64,000 bases of DNA from Eledone cirrhosa (Eukaryota). Positions 31,719 to 46,484 of the stretch are shown piece by piece. The notes beneath the pieces were generated by a model that made no database searches, was not told the origin of the DNA, and worked only from the letters and a program-made list of their open reading frames with translations. The stretch lies in the NCBI GenBank assembly GCA_964016885.1, contig OZ024742.1, forward strand, positions 341,248,001 to 341,312,000. The letters run 5' to 3'. How positions within the stretch are numbered: position 1 is the first letter of the stretch; each line of letters begins with the position of its first letter. Both the position numbers and the translations under genes were made by a program.

Positions 31719-34075
31719 ATATACTAACGCTTTCCGAGCACATAGATCGTATAGCTCCAACCCTCACCCCTGACCACCAGGTCCAGGAAATACGCAAAGC
31801 TATCGATCAGTGTTACCACACCAGAGTCAAATATGATAAACAGCGCCTTATACGGAAATACGAATGGACTGTAAACAAATACTACAATGACAACATCCGC
31901 TCCCACAGACGGACCGACTACAACCACACCAGGGGCAACAGCTATACAACACCCTCCGCTACACCCCCCAACATCGATCTACCTACCAACGATGCTTCAC
32001 ACCTCGTTACCGACCTAACCGGTACCCTCACCAACGACGAACTCGAACTTCTGCGCCTCGGACCCAAGTTCATCATTACACAGCGTCTCGATGATAGACT
32101 GAAACTCGACATCGAAACCAACTTCTGTCGGACAGCATATCAAATGAAATGGCTAACCGCCATCCAAAACAACACCGAGATCGATTACAACCCCACAACC
32201 CACCCCACACTCCCCACGTACCCCCTCGACAACCCACTCCACCCCCCACCCACCAACCACGAACTTGACACTAAACTACTCAGGTTGAAACATTCTATCT
32301 CTAACATCCTTTCCCAACACACGCACACACACAATAAACGCAACCTCACCAATGCACAATTTAATACTCTCACCAACCTAAGATCCAGGAACCTTGTGTA
32401 CCTTCCCTCTGACAAGGGGAAAGAATTCTGTGTCATCTCGAGAGAGACCTACAACAACTTAGCTCTCCAACATCTTAATGACCACAGCCTCTACTCGAAA
32501 GTCACAGGGACCTCCTCGACTCTAATCGAGGAAGGCATTAACACCATATGGACTAACATCTGTGTCCAACGAAAACTGCCAAAGAAGGTAAAAAACAACA
32601 TAATGACTCGAAACAGCAAACTACCCACCTTCTACCACCTGGTTAAAACACATAAACAAGGACCCGATTTGAAAATCAGGCCCATTTTCTCTAGCGTGGA
32701 GGGCCCACTCTACAAAATATCGTGGCTGCTCTCCACACTACTGAAACCTATTCTACACACACTACCAGCACACGTCTGTAGCTCAAAGGAGGTCTTGGAG
32801 CGACTACACCATCTGGCGCCCAACACCAGAAAGGACAACGGTTATGCCTTCAGTCTTGATGTGGTCGCCCTTTATACCTCCGTACCAGCATCCCCAGCCG
32901 TCGACCTGTTGACCGAACGAGTCCGAGCATCTAACTTACACTGCTTCGGACTCACACACACGGACATCCACCAACTCCTCTCCTTCGTTGTGGATAATGC
33001 ACTCTTCAATTTCCTCGGCCACACGTACAAACAAATCTCTGGGCTACCTATGGGCTCTAGTCTGTCCGGCATACTTGCGATCTCGTACATGGACCACCTG
33101 GAACGCAAGGCACTCAATACCTGCCAACCCAACGCCGTCGCCTTCTACTCCAGATACGTTGATGACATCCTGATACTTACTTCTTCCCGGGAGATGGCGA
33201 ATGAAATTCACCAAATCTTCAACGATACTGACCCTTACGTCGATTTCACCATCGAACACCCAGGAGAAGACGGGTCACTCGCTCTCCTCGACTTCCGTAT
33301 CAACATCTCGGAAGAAGGAGACATAAACACCACCTTCTACCGCAAAGCAGCGTGCAAGGACTTATTTGTGCATTACAACTCAGCCTTCCCCAACAACGCT
33401 AAGAGAGGCTATGTCCTAAATGAACTGACACGGATCACTAACAGATGCAGCGACCCGATGGGTGGTCTCACCCATACCACGCAATTCCGTAATCTACTCA
33501 GGTCTATTGGATATCCCAAGCGACTGATTAACGGAATTAGAGACCCCAGACCCAATAGACAGACACCCACTAGAAACTTAAATAAAAGCAGGTGCTTCTT
33601 TAAAATCCCCCACCTCAGTGAATATACCACGAACGCCATCCGCAGGGCCATACGGACGGAGGGACTTGACCTACATTTGGCCCACACAGGACCTTCGCTG
33701 CGAAGATGCCTCTCCAACAAACCCGACGAGTCAGATGGGACGTGTTCCCTCAGCAACTGCCCGATACGGGGGGCAGATTGCCTACGCACCTATGTCGTAT
33801 ATAAGATTCAATGCGATAAATGTAACAAGTTTTACATAGGTAGCACCATCCGACCCCTACATGTTCATATCAAGGAACATATCAACACCAACGCATCTTC
33901 CTTCCGTAAACACATCCTTAAATGCGGAAACCCACAGGGTAGACCCTTGGTCACAGTCCTAGCGACTGAACGCAGCATCGGATCCTTAAGGATAAAGGAA
34001 GCACTTGTTATTAAGAACCTCAGACCCCCACTTAACAACCGGGCTGAGAGAAATGAGCTGACATGGCTAACTTAA
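31719..34075 (+). CDS. Penelope-like RT + GIY-YIG polyprotein (right arm; open frame but 5'-truncated)
   Basis: PSDKG, KTHK, SLDVVALYT, GLPMGSSLS, SRYVDD, VVY..FYIG; the first ~82 aa of the listed 867-aa ORF are antisense of the left arm. Confidence 0.9.
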
Positions 34076-34656
34076 CCATAGTGACCATTCACAGCCCTTA
34101 CGGCCTGCTATTTTCACACACACGCACGTATATGCATACCCATACGCATACACACACACATCTATATTTATACACGCACACATGTTTTTACAACCTACCA
34201 CCTTTCACACCTTTTGATTTCCAGCTTCTACAGCCCACTATCTTTCACACACACACGCACTCACACATATACACACACAGTTACACACATGTATACCCAT
34301 ACGCTTACACACACACATCTATATTTATACACGCACACATGTTTTACAACCTACCACCTTTCACACCCTTTGATTTCCAGCTTCTACAGCCCACTATCTT
34401 TCACACACACACACACTCACACAGTTACACACACATATATATTTACACACACATACTTTACGGCTTTCACACGCTAGCGCACCCTCTTGATTTAACCCAT
34501 TTGGTCAGTAGCTTTTGCCACAGCCTATCACGCGCACGCGCATTCTTTCCCTCATTTAAATTTTAAATAATTTTTTTTTTCTCCCCATAACGGCATTCCT
34601 GTTTTAACGACATCACAACTTTCTCCGCTTAGCCTGTTCCCCCCCTTTTGGAACTT

Positions 34657-34692
34657 TCCCCCGTTGATGGGCGTGAGCCCGAAATATTGGGA
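34657..34692 (+). ncRNA. Variant-core minimal hammerhead in the PLE 3' UTR (mirror copy at 29117-29152, minus strand)
   Basis: TCCC-CCGTTGA-T GGGC GTGA GCCC-GAAATATT^-GGGA; the core is CCGUUGA instead of CUGANGA. Confidence 0.55.
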
Positions 34693-34967
34693 TTAAATCT
34701 CCACTACGGTAACCCTTCTACCTTTGTTTTGTTTTCATCTTTGTCTCTCTCAATTTTCACTTTATCCTATTTCTCCTATCTATCATTCACTTCCTACCTC
34801 GAGATTTCCCTCTGCATTGTTGTGGCTTTCTAAACTACGTATTTTACACATTTCACAATGCTTCAAGCAAACTTTAACACCCTCTTATATATATATATAT
34901 ACACACACAGATATACACACACATACGTACACACATACATACATACATATACATAAATAAATACATA

Positions 34968-35003
<36 letters not shown>

Positions 35004-35176
35004 CACACACACATACACCTACATATACACATATACACACATACACACACATATATATATATTTTTAAAAAAAATATATATATATATATACACACATACA
35101 TGTGCACACATACATATATACACATATACACACATATATACACACATATATATATATATACACACAAATACACACA

Positions 35177-35218
<42 letters not shown>

Positions 35219-35297
35219 CATATATACATATATACACATATATATATATACATATATATATACATATATATACACATATACATACACATATATATAT

Positions 35298-35345
<48 letters not shown>

Positions 35346-35353
35346 TTACATAC

Positions 35354-35390
<37 letters not shown>

Positions 35391-35493
35391 CATACATATA
35401 TACACACACACACATACATATACATATATATACATATATATGTGTGTATATATATATATATATAAACATACACACACACACATATATACACAC

Positions 35494-35524
<31 letters not shown>

Positions 35525-35625
35525 CACACACACACACACACATATATACACATGTATAAATAAATAAATAAATAAACACACACACAGAGAGAACCACACA
35601 AACACATACGCACACATATATATAT

Positions 35626-35722
<97 letters not shown>

Positions 35723-35919
35723 CGACTGTGTGTGTGTGTGTGTGAGTGTCTGTGATTGTGTATGTATGTATACATGTATATATATTTATATCACAGTTGC
35801 ATATATATATAGTAATAATAATAAATGTGAAGACTAAAATCCCAAAGGACTCGATAAGGATAAATATATAACAAATATATAAGAACCCTAGAGCAAATAT
35901 TTATTAAAATAATAGATTA

Positions 35920-37223
35920 AAGTTTAAGCAATGAATCGCTGCTATCACCCTTAACGGGATCTTCAGAAGATGAAATCGAAAATGCAACTGGAGTCTTATT
36001 TTTTTTAAATATATATATTTATTTGGTTCCTTTACCGGTTTCGCAGTTCTTCTGCTCTTCAAAAGTAGAGTTGTGATGGAGGATCTGTGGTTTTTCTCAC
36101 ATCTGGTTGGTCTTTGAATGTTACTTGTTTTATATTGAAAAAAGTGGCTCGAAACAATACCTGATATTCACCTCCAACCATCCAAAGCCCACGAAGACAA
36201 ACATTCCTTTTAACCTAGCAAGAAGAATTTCCACAATTGTCTCCAATTATGAAATGCGAAATAAAAGACTTCAAGAATTAAAGGAAATTCTACTCGAAAG
36301 AGAGTACCCACTATTACTAATAAATAATGGAATAGAAAGGGCTAAAGCAATAGTCATTGATGAATTACGAAAACAGGAACACATTCAAGGTACGTCCAAT
36401 ATTCTATCATATATCTCAACACACAACCCAAGAAATGCGGAAGCTTACAACACTATTCACAAGTACATGCCACTACTGAAGCAAGACCCAAGAATGGAAA
36501 AAGCCCTTGAAACACACAAAATAATCCAAAGCAAAAGACAACCGAAATCACTGAAAACATTACTCACCAATGCCAAATTACCTACCACAAACCCACAACC
36601 AACTTTTAAAAAATGTGGTCGCTCTAATTGTGGAACCTGCACTCACCTCATTGAAGGCAACACGTATACATTTAAATCAGGACAAAATTTTGCTGTAAAA
36701 AATCACTTCAATTGTTCATCAAAAAATCTATGTTATGCCATTAAATGTAAAGGATGCAATGAACATTATATAGGACAAACTAAACTCACACTCAGAAACA
36801 GAATGACAGTTCATTGCCAACAATTACGAGATCCAACCAGGAGACAGATACCACTAAGCGCACATCTAGACATTTGCGCAAGTAATAAGACACCCAAATT
36901 CCAAGTCTTCCCATTTTACCTTTGCGCTGACAATACAACAGAACAAATACGAATAAATAAAGTAAATATGTTTATTCAAAAATATAGACCAGCATTAAAT
37001 ATGGTTTAATATACATTATATCAACACCATAACATGCTAACCATCCAAACAGACACATACACACACACATAACACCTTTTACTTTAGAAAATAAAAACCC
37101 GAACTAAATAAACCTTAACATACGTTTGCGATGACAATACAACATAACAAATACCAATAATGAAGGAAAATATGTTTATTCAAAAATATTCCTACTAACG
37201 GAATCATTTTCTTACACACACAC

Positions 37224-37318
<95 letters not shown>

Positions 37319-38158
37319 ATATATTCTCTTCATCTTAACATGCTAACCATACCCCCACACACACATAACACCCATACACACACACATAACCCCCCCACAC
37401 ACACACAACTCCCTCCCCCCATTTCTACTAATAGAATCACTTTCCTACACACACACACCCACACACAACTCCCTCCTCCATTTCTACCAATAGAATCATC
37501 TTCCTATACACACACACACACACACAGACACACACACACACAAACGCACAAATAAACATACATATGTCTACTTTCTTTATTTCAATAGAAAATCTGAACT
37601 CTGACACCCCAGCGAACTAGCCATATTCACTGAACCAGAACAATTCTCCCATCCCATTTCTCTTGACCATTCTTTTGCTTGTCATAAAATTCTCTAAAAG
37701 GCTTCAAAATAAATTCCCAAATACGGGCGCGAATTTAATGAACTTGTTCACGTGACAGTCATAATTTCATTTATAACAAATCAAATTGCATTTTTTTAAA
37801 AAGCCTTCGTGAGCCACTTTTTTTAAGTAAAAAGAAATTCAAACACTCATATATGAAAAAACAACCTGAGCCCCCCCCCCCCTGTTTGAAGAACTTTGTA
37901 ACGCGAACTGGCGCGAAATTTATTATACTTATTGACCAACCAATCAAATTACTTCTCTAAAAACCTGGCGTTTCGAGCTACTTTTTTCCATATAAAACAA
38001 GTAACTTTCAAAGACCAACCAGATGTGAGAAAAACCACAGACCCTCCATCTCAACTCTACTTTTGAAAAGCAGAAGAACTGCGAAACCGGTAAAGGAACC
38101 AAATAAATATATATATTTTTTTTTAAATAAGACTCCGGTTGCATTTTCGATTTCATCT
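35920..38158 (+). mobile_element. 5'-truncated Neptune-type PLE (RT thumb + GIY-YIG, ~36157-37009) with an inverted 3'-end copy at its head
   Basis: SNHP..NIPFNLARRI, KCGRSNCGTC linker, LCY..C..C..YIGQT..R; 35968-36156 is inverted relative to 37970-38158; degenerate HHR at 35922-35970(-) with GATA for GAAA. Confidence 0.85.
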
Positions 38159-38225
38159 CTTTTTCTTTATACTTTCACTTGTGTAGGACACCTCCGGTAT
38201 TTTTTATTTTGTAAAAAAACCTCAC

Positions 38226-38263
<38 letters not shown>

Positions 38264-38318
38264 CAATTTAGTAGTCAGTTACAAATATTAATCTCTAAGA
38301 AAATACTTCTGAGCATTA

Positions 38319-38760
38319 CATTATAATATAGTTTAAAAAATAATTAAAAAAAATATATGATCAACACTACTGTGTTTTTTTTTGCAAAATGACAATAATT
38401 TTTTAGCCAGATAGAAATACCTTAATTCAAGTACATATAGTCCGTCTGTATCGATCTAGAGAATATTAAATATTAAATCTATACTTACAGACGTAAAATG
38501 ACAACTGCCGTAATTAATTAATTATTTCATTAGTAAAACATCCCTTGTGAAACAGGTTTACGTTTTGAAGTTCCGCCCGATCTGCTGAAAAGGTTTGAAT
38601 TTTGAAATTTAAACTTGTCTAGGCACCAGGCAGTTGCCATTTTACGTCTCTAGATCGATACAGACGGACTATATGTACTGGCTAAAAACTTATTGTCATT
38701 TTGCAAACAAAATCACAGTAGTGTTGATCATATATTTTTTTTTATTATTTTTTAAACTAT

Positions 38761-38768
<8 letters not shown>
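38319..38768. repeat. Imperfect inverted repeat (38319-38509 / 38629-38768)
   Basis: GATCAACACTACTGTG..TAGTCCGTCTGTATCGATCTAGAGA is mirrored, with two indels. Confidence 0.75.
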
Positions 38769-38831
<63 letters not shown>

Positions 38832-38967
38832 GAATTGTGGTAAGGAAACAGGTGGACCATAACGCACCAGAGTACTCAATACTTAGGGTAGTAGAGTGGG
38901 AAATAGGAAAAAGTATCGAAATAGCCGTCGAAACGGCTTGAGCTCTGCCGTCGAGGTCATACTTTTT

Positions 38968-39063
<96 letters not shown>

Positions 39064-39444
39064 GATAGATATAGATATAGATATCCATGTGTGTATATGT
39101 GGGCGTGATTGTGTGTGTGTATATGTAAACGACTCCCTGAGTTTTGAACTCTTTATTCATAGTATATATATATATATATGTGTGTGTATCACGATAAATT
39201 AATGGAGCCATAGGCCCTCACAATTCCCTGTAAATAATGTGCTCTAAGGAGAAGAAATCCTGAGCTCTTTAAAATACAATATGTTGAAAAGGTAACACAC
39301 AAGAGAGAGATATACAGTGCGCTATCAATAAAACAGGGAAAAAACCACAAGTGTATGGAATCTATAACATATGAAAGGCAGACTATAGACACGATAATTA
39401 AAAATATAAATTAAAGCGTAAATAAATACCTCTATAACTATATA

Positions 39445-39524
39445 ACACACGTACAAATCCAAAGAGATGTTTCGCCAGTAATTTGTTGACAGAAATGGAA
39501 TAACCTCGGTTCATCAGTGTGTGT
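39445..39524 (-). ncRNA. Degenerate hammerhead motif
   Basis: Reverse complement: ACACACA-CTGATGA-ACC..GGC-GAAACA..TGTA^-CGTGTGT. Confidence 0.45.
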
Positions 39525-39858
39525 AAGGCTATACATTTCAGACAACACTAAGAGAATTTTAAAAGTGACTGTCCAGCTACACGTGGGAGAAAGAAGTCAC
39601 AGCGTGTTTAAGGGCAGTGAACCAGTGGCCTCTGAGGGACGAGCTGCTAGAAAGGGCAGCCCAAAACCATATATATATATGTATGTGTGTATATGTGAGT
39701 GTGTGGGTGTGTATGTATGTATATATGCGTCTCTATATCTATATTTGTAACTGAGTAACAACATTTTGGTTGAAAAAAATTGGCTTCGTTCTGTACTGTT
39801 AAATTGCCTGAATTTTAAAAATTAACCTCAGGTGTATCTTTAAATCATAGTTATCATC

Positions 39859-39934
<76 letters not shown>

Positions 39935-40001
39935 CATATGTCCCAAGGCTCTGATACCATCAACACTATAAACACAAAGCTGGCATATCTAAAACTGACT
40001 A

Positions 40002-40057
40002 ACTGCCTGATGAGGTCATAGCCATTCAATGGCTATCATCGAAATATATATACCAGT
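40002..40057 (+). ncRNA. Type I hammerhead ribozyme (one stem I mismatch)
   Basis: ACTGC-CTGATGA-GGTCATAGCCAT TCA ATGGCTATCATC-GAAATATATATA^-CCAGT. Confidence 0.7.
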
Positions 40058-40236
40058 AAATAAAGGATTATGAGTTCATGCAATTGACTTATGTTTCGTC
40101 ACTATATATATATTTAAGGCGGGTAAAATTCCCGAGATCCATGGACGAGTTCTCTCCAGCGGTCTCTGTCCCTCATTATCGCTGCCATGTCCTGCATTTC
40201 CAACAGACCAGTGTCTGTCCTTAGGGCATCAACATA

Positions 40237-40288
<52 letters not shown>

Positions 40289-40814
40289 TTCTAGTCGTGT
40301 ACAAGTCATTTCTTTATATATAATATAAATGTCTATATTTTACCAAAGTATTGAGTACCGTTTTTAACTGTGGTTGCCCCCTGGCACAACACGGGATTCT
40401 AGAATTTGTATATATATATATATGCATGTGTGTGTATGTGTGTGTGTGTGTGTGTGTGCGTGCGTGTCTGTGTGTGTGTGTCTGTGTGTGAGTGTTTCTG
40501 TGCACATATATAAGCAACGCCCATACACTTATCGATTTCATCTCAGCAACTCATTATCTATTTCATCTAGGTGTACCTTTTTTCGCTACACTATGTAGAT
40601 TAATTTATTTGCATGATCAGAACAGAGAAAAACTCACAAAGGAGAGAAGTCTCTTTCTTAAATTCTACTTTTAATTTCATTTAATTTCGGTTACAAAAAA
40701 TCTCCATCAGTGATTCTCTTTGATTTGTAATCTGCAGCTCGATCTTTCTGTCTGTGCGGAGGCGGGTAAATATATGTATTCATAAATATATGTATATATG
40801 TATATATTTATATA

Positions 40815-40966
<152 letters not shown>

Positions 40967-41018
40967 CGAGGCTTGTTTGCATAATTGCAAACGAATCGAA
41001 TCGAAAAACTCAGATTAC

Positions 41019-41115
<97 letters not shown>

Positions 41116-41322
41116 TTGTATATATTAGCTATAGCTCGTGTTAGAGCTACAACTAGATCAATAAAAAAAGGCGTATTTAACAAAGAAAAAAGACTGGGTT
41201 TAGTAAAGTGTCAACATTATTCTAGAATGAACTTTTGAGGCGAACCATTTGAAATATATTATTAAAAACTCATGAACGAATGAATGACGTGTAGGCACAA
41301 AAACATCACACAAATGCGCATT

Positions 41323-41416
<94 letters not shown>

Positions 41417-41452
41417 TTATACACATATATATATACACGCATACACACACAT

Positions 41453-41507
<55 letters not shown>

Positions 41508-41647
41508 AAGAGGAGATATGTATCATAGGAGAGGAGGAGCGGGAAAAAAGTGTGATACAGTATGCTAAATGTGTGTTTATATATATATGCGTGTGTGTCT
41601 GTATGTGTGTGTGTGTGTGTGTGTTTGGGCGTGAGTCTACATATGAG

Positions 41648-41740
41648 CACATATCTGAGGTGTTTTCGATTCCAAAGTCAAGAACTAACATAATCGATCG
41701 TTCCTCGAGCTGATCGGCAGTGAAACATATGTAATATGTG
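41648..41740 (+). ncRNA. Degenerate hammerhead (A9 mutated)
   Basis: CACATAT-CTGAGGT-..-GAAACATATGTA^-ATATGTG; 7-bp stem I and palindromic stem III. Confidence 0.5.
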
Positions 41741-41949
41741 ATTAAAAATGTATATGATGCAACACTGTTCCCTACTTATTGTTCTCTACTGTTCTCTACT
41801 TATTGTTAGATTATTATTATTATTATTGTTCTTTACCTTTCATCCTTACGGGGTCGATAAAATATCGACATCCTTACGGGGTCGATAAAATAAAGTACCA
41901 GTAATGCACTGGGTAATTGCTGGCCTTGTGCCTAAAGTAGAAACAATTA

Positions 41950-44780
41950 TTATTCTTGCTCTTTGAGTCTCAGTCATTGATGTTATTTAACTTGAAAGTT
42001 TGTTGAAATGAATATCAAGCCACTAACTGCAGCCTCAGACATTCAGGACGTATCGGAGGGTTCTTGCTGTTCCCAGCAAGCATGCCTTTTGTTTCTATTT
42101 TTTCTATCACCGACTCTGGCTTATGCTCATACCACTTCTCAGAATGTGGTAAACTGTTTACTTTGCACAGGTGCCAGTGGATCACCCTGCCTATCACATC
42201 ATGTTTCCAGCCTTTATAGTGAGTCTGGGCTAGGTGTTTACACTCGGATACAATGTAAGCCACAGTCTCCTCTGTCTCTCCACTGATCCTACGCAGTGAG
42301 CTAGCCTCCTCCTTGTCAATATGGTGCTTCACCCACTTCGTTCTGAGGGCTTGCTCTTGCGCAGCCATTAGCATTCCTTCTGTGGCTTTCTTAAGGTCTC
42401 CTCTTTTTAATCAGTTCCATGTCTGTTGATCTCTAAATTCCGTTTTCTTAAAGAAGGTGCTATGAAGGGATTTTTCATGAAGGTTGCTCTTCCTCCTTTT
42501 TGTTATTTCCTCCTTGGACATGCCCTGGTCTATTGTCTTCTCTTTCAGTACAATTTCATTGGCTCCCTACTGTCATCCACATATTTGTGCAGGCTGTTTT
42601 CTCCATCTGAACACAGTCTTCTATGCTGATAAGACCTCTTCCACCTCCAGATATCTTTAAGTGAGTCTATCGACATCACTCCTCTTGTGGAACATGTTGT
42701 AGATAGTCAATAGCTTCCTAGTCTTCCTATCCATTTCACTTTGTTCAGCAACATTCCATTTCAGAATTCCCGCATTGTACCTAATAATAGACACAGCTCG
42801 GGATTTTTACTGCACTTATGACATTCCTACTATTTAGATGTGATTTTAGTATGTTCCTTACTCTCCTTATGTACTCAGATCTTATCAATTCCTTCATTTT
42901 TTGTTCTTGATGTCATCTGCCTCCAGAACACCTAAATATTCGTATCCCTCTTCAGTGTCAATTTCCTTTATCATCTCACCTGTTGGTACCTGGATTCCGT
43001 TGCTTCTGCTCAATTTACCCCTCTCCATCACTAGGACTCCACATTTATTAACACCAAATTCCATACATATATCATTGCTGAAAATACGGACAGTGTCAAC
43101 AGTACATCCAACTCCTTCTCACTTCCCAAAGAGTTTAAGATCGTTCATGAGGAGGAGGTGGTTGATGGTAAGCTCTCCTCTTCACAACTTGTATCCTGCT
43201 CTCACTTTCCGCAATATGACGGACAGGGGTATCAGGGCAAGGACAAACAACACAGGAGACAAACTATCTCCCTGAAAGATACCTCTCTTGATCGTCACGC
43301 CTTCCAAGGATTCTCCACATGATGTTAACTCTGTTTCCCAGGACTTAATAGCTATCTGATGTTATCTGACACCTTGAAGATCTCTAGGATTTGGGTTATC
43401 CAAGAATGAGGTACCATGTCGAATGCCTTTTTGTAAGCTATCCATCCCATGACAAGACCAGTGTGTCTCCTCTTGCAATTCCTCATTACTATCTTATCAA
43501 TAAGTAACTGGTCTTTTGTACCACGGGACTTCTTTCGGTATCTCTTCTGTTCGTCCGGTAACAAGTTGTTTGCGTGGAGGTGATATTAGATTTCCTCAGA
43601 CGTTAACAGTTTCCACATTACGGACAGACATGTGATAGGCCTATAGTTGGTAACTTCATCATTACCTTTGATTCGGTCTTTCAATACCATAACTGTGGTA
43701 CCTTTTTTGAACCACTCTGGCACTTCACCCGACATCAAGCAATCATTGAACATGGTTGTGAGTTTTGGGTGGAGGGATGTTATATTTTTAATCCAATACC
43801 CTTGCACATCATCTGGGCCTGGTGATTTCCAGTTGGTTAGTTTTTTGGCCTGCCCTTTAAGAGTTTCAACTGTGATATTCAAATCAGGTTGTTGGTGTGC
43901 TTGTTCACTAATTTCCTTTTGAACTGCCTCAATCCACACTGCCTGCTCCCATATTCCTCTCCAGAATGTCTTAGTCTGTTCCGCCTCAGGAATCACGTCG
44001 TCGCCTCTTTCTTTCCCTTCAAGCTGTCCAAACAACATCTTCTGGTTGTTGTCAAACATGCGGTTCTGTCTATACTGACTAACTCTGTTCTCATACCGCC
44101 TAATCTTTGCACATTTTACTACAATGCGTTGCTTCAGTTCCTCTATGATAACATTTAGCTCTTTTCCCCTAGTTTTGTATTTTATTTTCAATCTATCTTT
44201 AGTGTCTATGTTTTGTAATGTCCCACTCAGTAAAGACTCAAGCTTTCCAATGTCTTTTCTCATTTCCTTGATTTGACCTTTCAGTCGTTTCTTCCACCAA
44301 GGTTCTGATCTTTCTTGTTTGTTGTTTCCTCTCGTTTTTATACCAAGTAATTTCCTCACCGCATTTGCTGTTGCTTTGAGAATATTGTTGCATTGGTGAA
44401 GGTTCCTAGCCTCAAGGTATGGGATGACCTTGTTTACCTTAGCTGTTGTTTCTTTTAACTTTTTCCTATCTACAAATCTTAGGTTTATAGGTTTTCCACT
44501 ATCATTGTTCATTTCATTTACCACTAAGTTCAGGCTATCAACCAAATCTTGCCCTAGCCCGTCAACATTCATTTCCTCAATGGCCGTATCTTTGTTCCTG
44601 ATGTTATTTACTTCAGCATTCAGATCATTGTCTGCTTCGGATGCTTCCTCAGGTCTCTCAACTTCTTCACCTTCATTTCCCACTGGCTCATTTGCCTGAT
44701 ATACTCCACTCTCCATTTCCAACTTAATCTCTCTGCTCAGTTTCTTCAGTTCCAACTCGCTTATCCATCCATTAGTTCTT
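41950..44780 (-). pseudogene. R4/Dong-clade non-LTR retrotransposon, decayed
   Basis: [44 protein letters not shown], and an ETVAYIVSEC..KHD zinc-knuckle region across several frames. Confidence 0.85.
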
Positions 44781-44781
44781 A

Positions 44782-45300
44782 TTACACGAGCCTGTAGGTT
44801 ACTACTGGTATGGCAAGCGTGTTTATGGCATCGATCCTATTCCTTGCATTCAATTCCGTTCTTAAGATTGCTCTTACTCTGCGGTAACATTCCATCCTTA
44901 TCCTTTCCCTCATTGTCGAGTGCTTGATTCCGTCTCCTTCACAAACACCTAGATATTTGTAAGTTCCCTCTTGATCAAGTTCTCTTATCACATTACCTCG
45001 ATCAAGATTAATGTCTGAACTTTTCAGCATCTTTCCTATGGTGAACGTTGCTTTGGCGCATTTATCTAGTCCAAACTCCATTTTAATGTCATCACTGAAC
45101 AGCTTCACGGTGGCTAATAGCTTTTGCAATTGCTCATCATTTTTTTCAAATAGTTTCAGGTCATCCATGAAGAACAAGTGATTAATTGTTTTGTCATAGA
45201 TTTTATATCCATGTTTTCTTTCATTGAGCATTTTACTTAATGGTGTAAGTGCGATACAGAATAAAAGCGGTGATAAAGAGTCACCCTGTAAAATTCCACA
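44782..45300 (-). pseudogene. Second R4/Dong-type RT fragment
   Basis: GILQGDSLSPLLFC, HLFFMDDLKL, FGLDKCAK, YKYLG; preceded on its own strand by (TAA)n at 45301-45320. Confidence 0.85.
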
Positions 45301-45303
45301 ATT

Positions 45304-45335
<32 letters not shown>

Positions 45336-45624
45336 TGCGCATATGTGTGTGAATGTATGAATGTAGATATATAAATACATATATATTTAATCATCTAATA
45401 CAATAAAATATGTATACACACACATACACACACATGTACATACATATATATATATATACGTACATACATACATATATACATATAGACACATACTTACATA
45501 CACACATCGCTCCATCCATACATACATAGTTACACACATCCCTCTATACATATATACATAAATACACACATATCTCCATACATACATATACATACACACA
45601 TATACCCATACATACATATATATC

Positions 45625-45845
45625 GACAGTCGATCGACTTTCGTCAAAACGGACCGAGGAAACAATGTTTCCGTTGGTCTTTCCAATTGCTAATGCTATC
45701 TATCGGTCGCAACTCCAGGTAGAAGGAGCAACATGAAATAAAGTGTCTTGCTCAAGGACATAATGCATCACCCGGCCCGGGAATCGAACTCACAACCTCA
45801 CGATTGCGAATCCAATTCTCTAACCACTTAACTACGCGCCTTCAA
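45625..45845 (-). mobile_element. CORE-type SINE (family B)
   Basis: Reverse-complement match to 9070-9250. Confidence 0.7.
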
Positions 45846-46484
45846 ATACATGCATATATACATACATATATGATGATGATGGCTGCCCCCTCGTCATCGA
45901 GTATAGCCATTGCACGATATACCATTATTAATAATTATTAATTAATTCTATCGTGCAATGCCTGTGCGTGAAGATATTTTTTAAAGTGAGGAAAGACTGT
46001 GCACTGAGCCAATCCCACTCTCTGAGCGACAGTAGCTATAACCCGAAAAGAAGAAAAAATATCAACATCATCGGTAACTACCGAGCAACAGGTTTTATAT
46101 CCCAGTTTCCTGAGTTGCCTTCTCCTAGAAGAATGCCCTGAGAAAGGCTAGGGGTCATTCACTCGCAGTGGTTTACCACGCGATCGGGTGTCCAGTCCGA
46201 CTATTTCTATGTCCCCGCGCATATACATACACATGCACCCATGTATATATACATATACATATACATATACATACATATGTACATGTGTATATACATATTT
46301 ACACACTTTTGGATGGCCGTTGACTCATGAGTTCTTCCGCCCTTTGTGTCCAAAATCACCCTCCTCACCAAGTAAACTTAGTGGGGTTGTCGGTTTAGTT
46401 GCTGACGACCCGACCATGCGACAGGTTGTACTGGGTTACATGTTACCAGTAGCACTCAAGAGTGACCCGACATACATATATACA

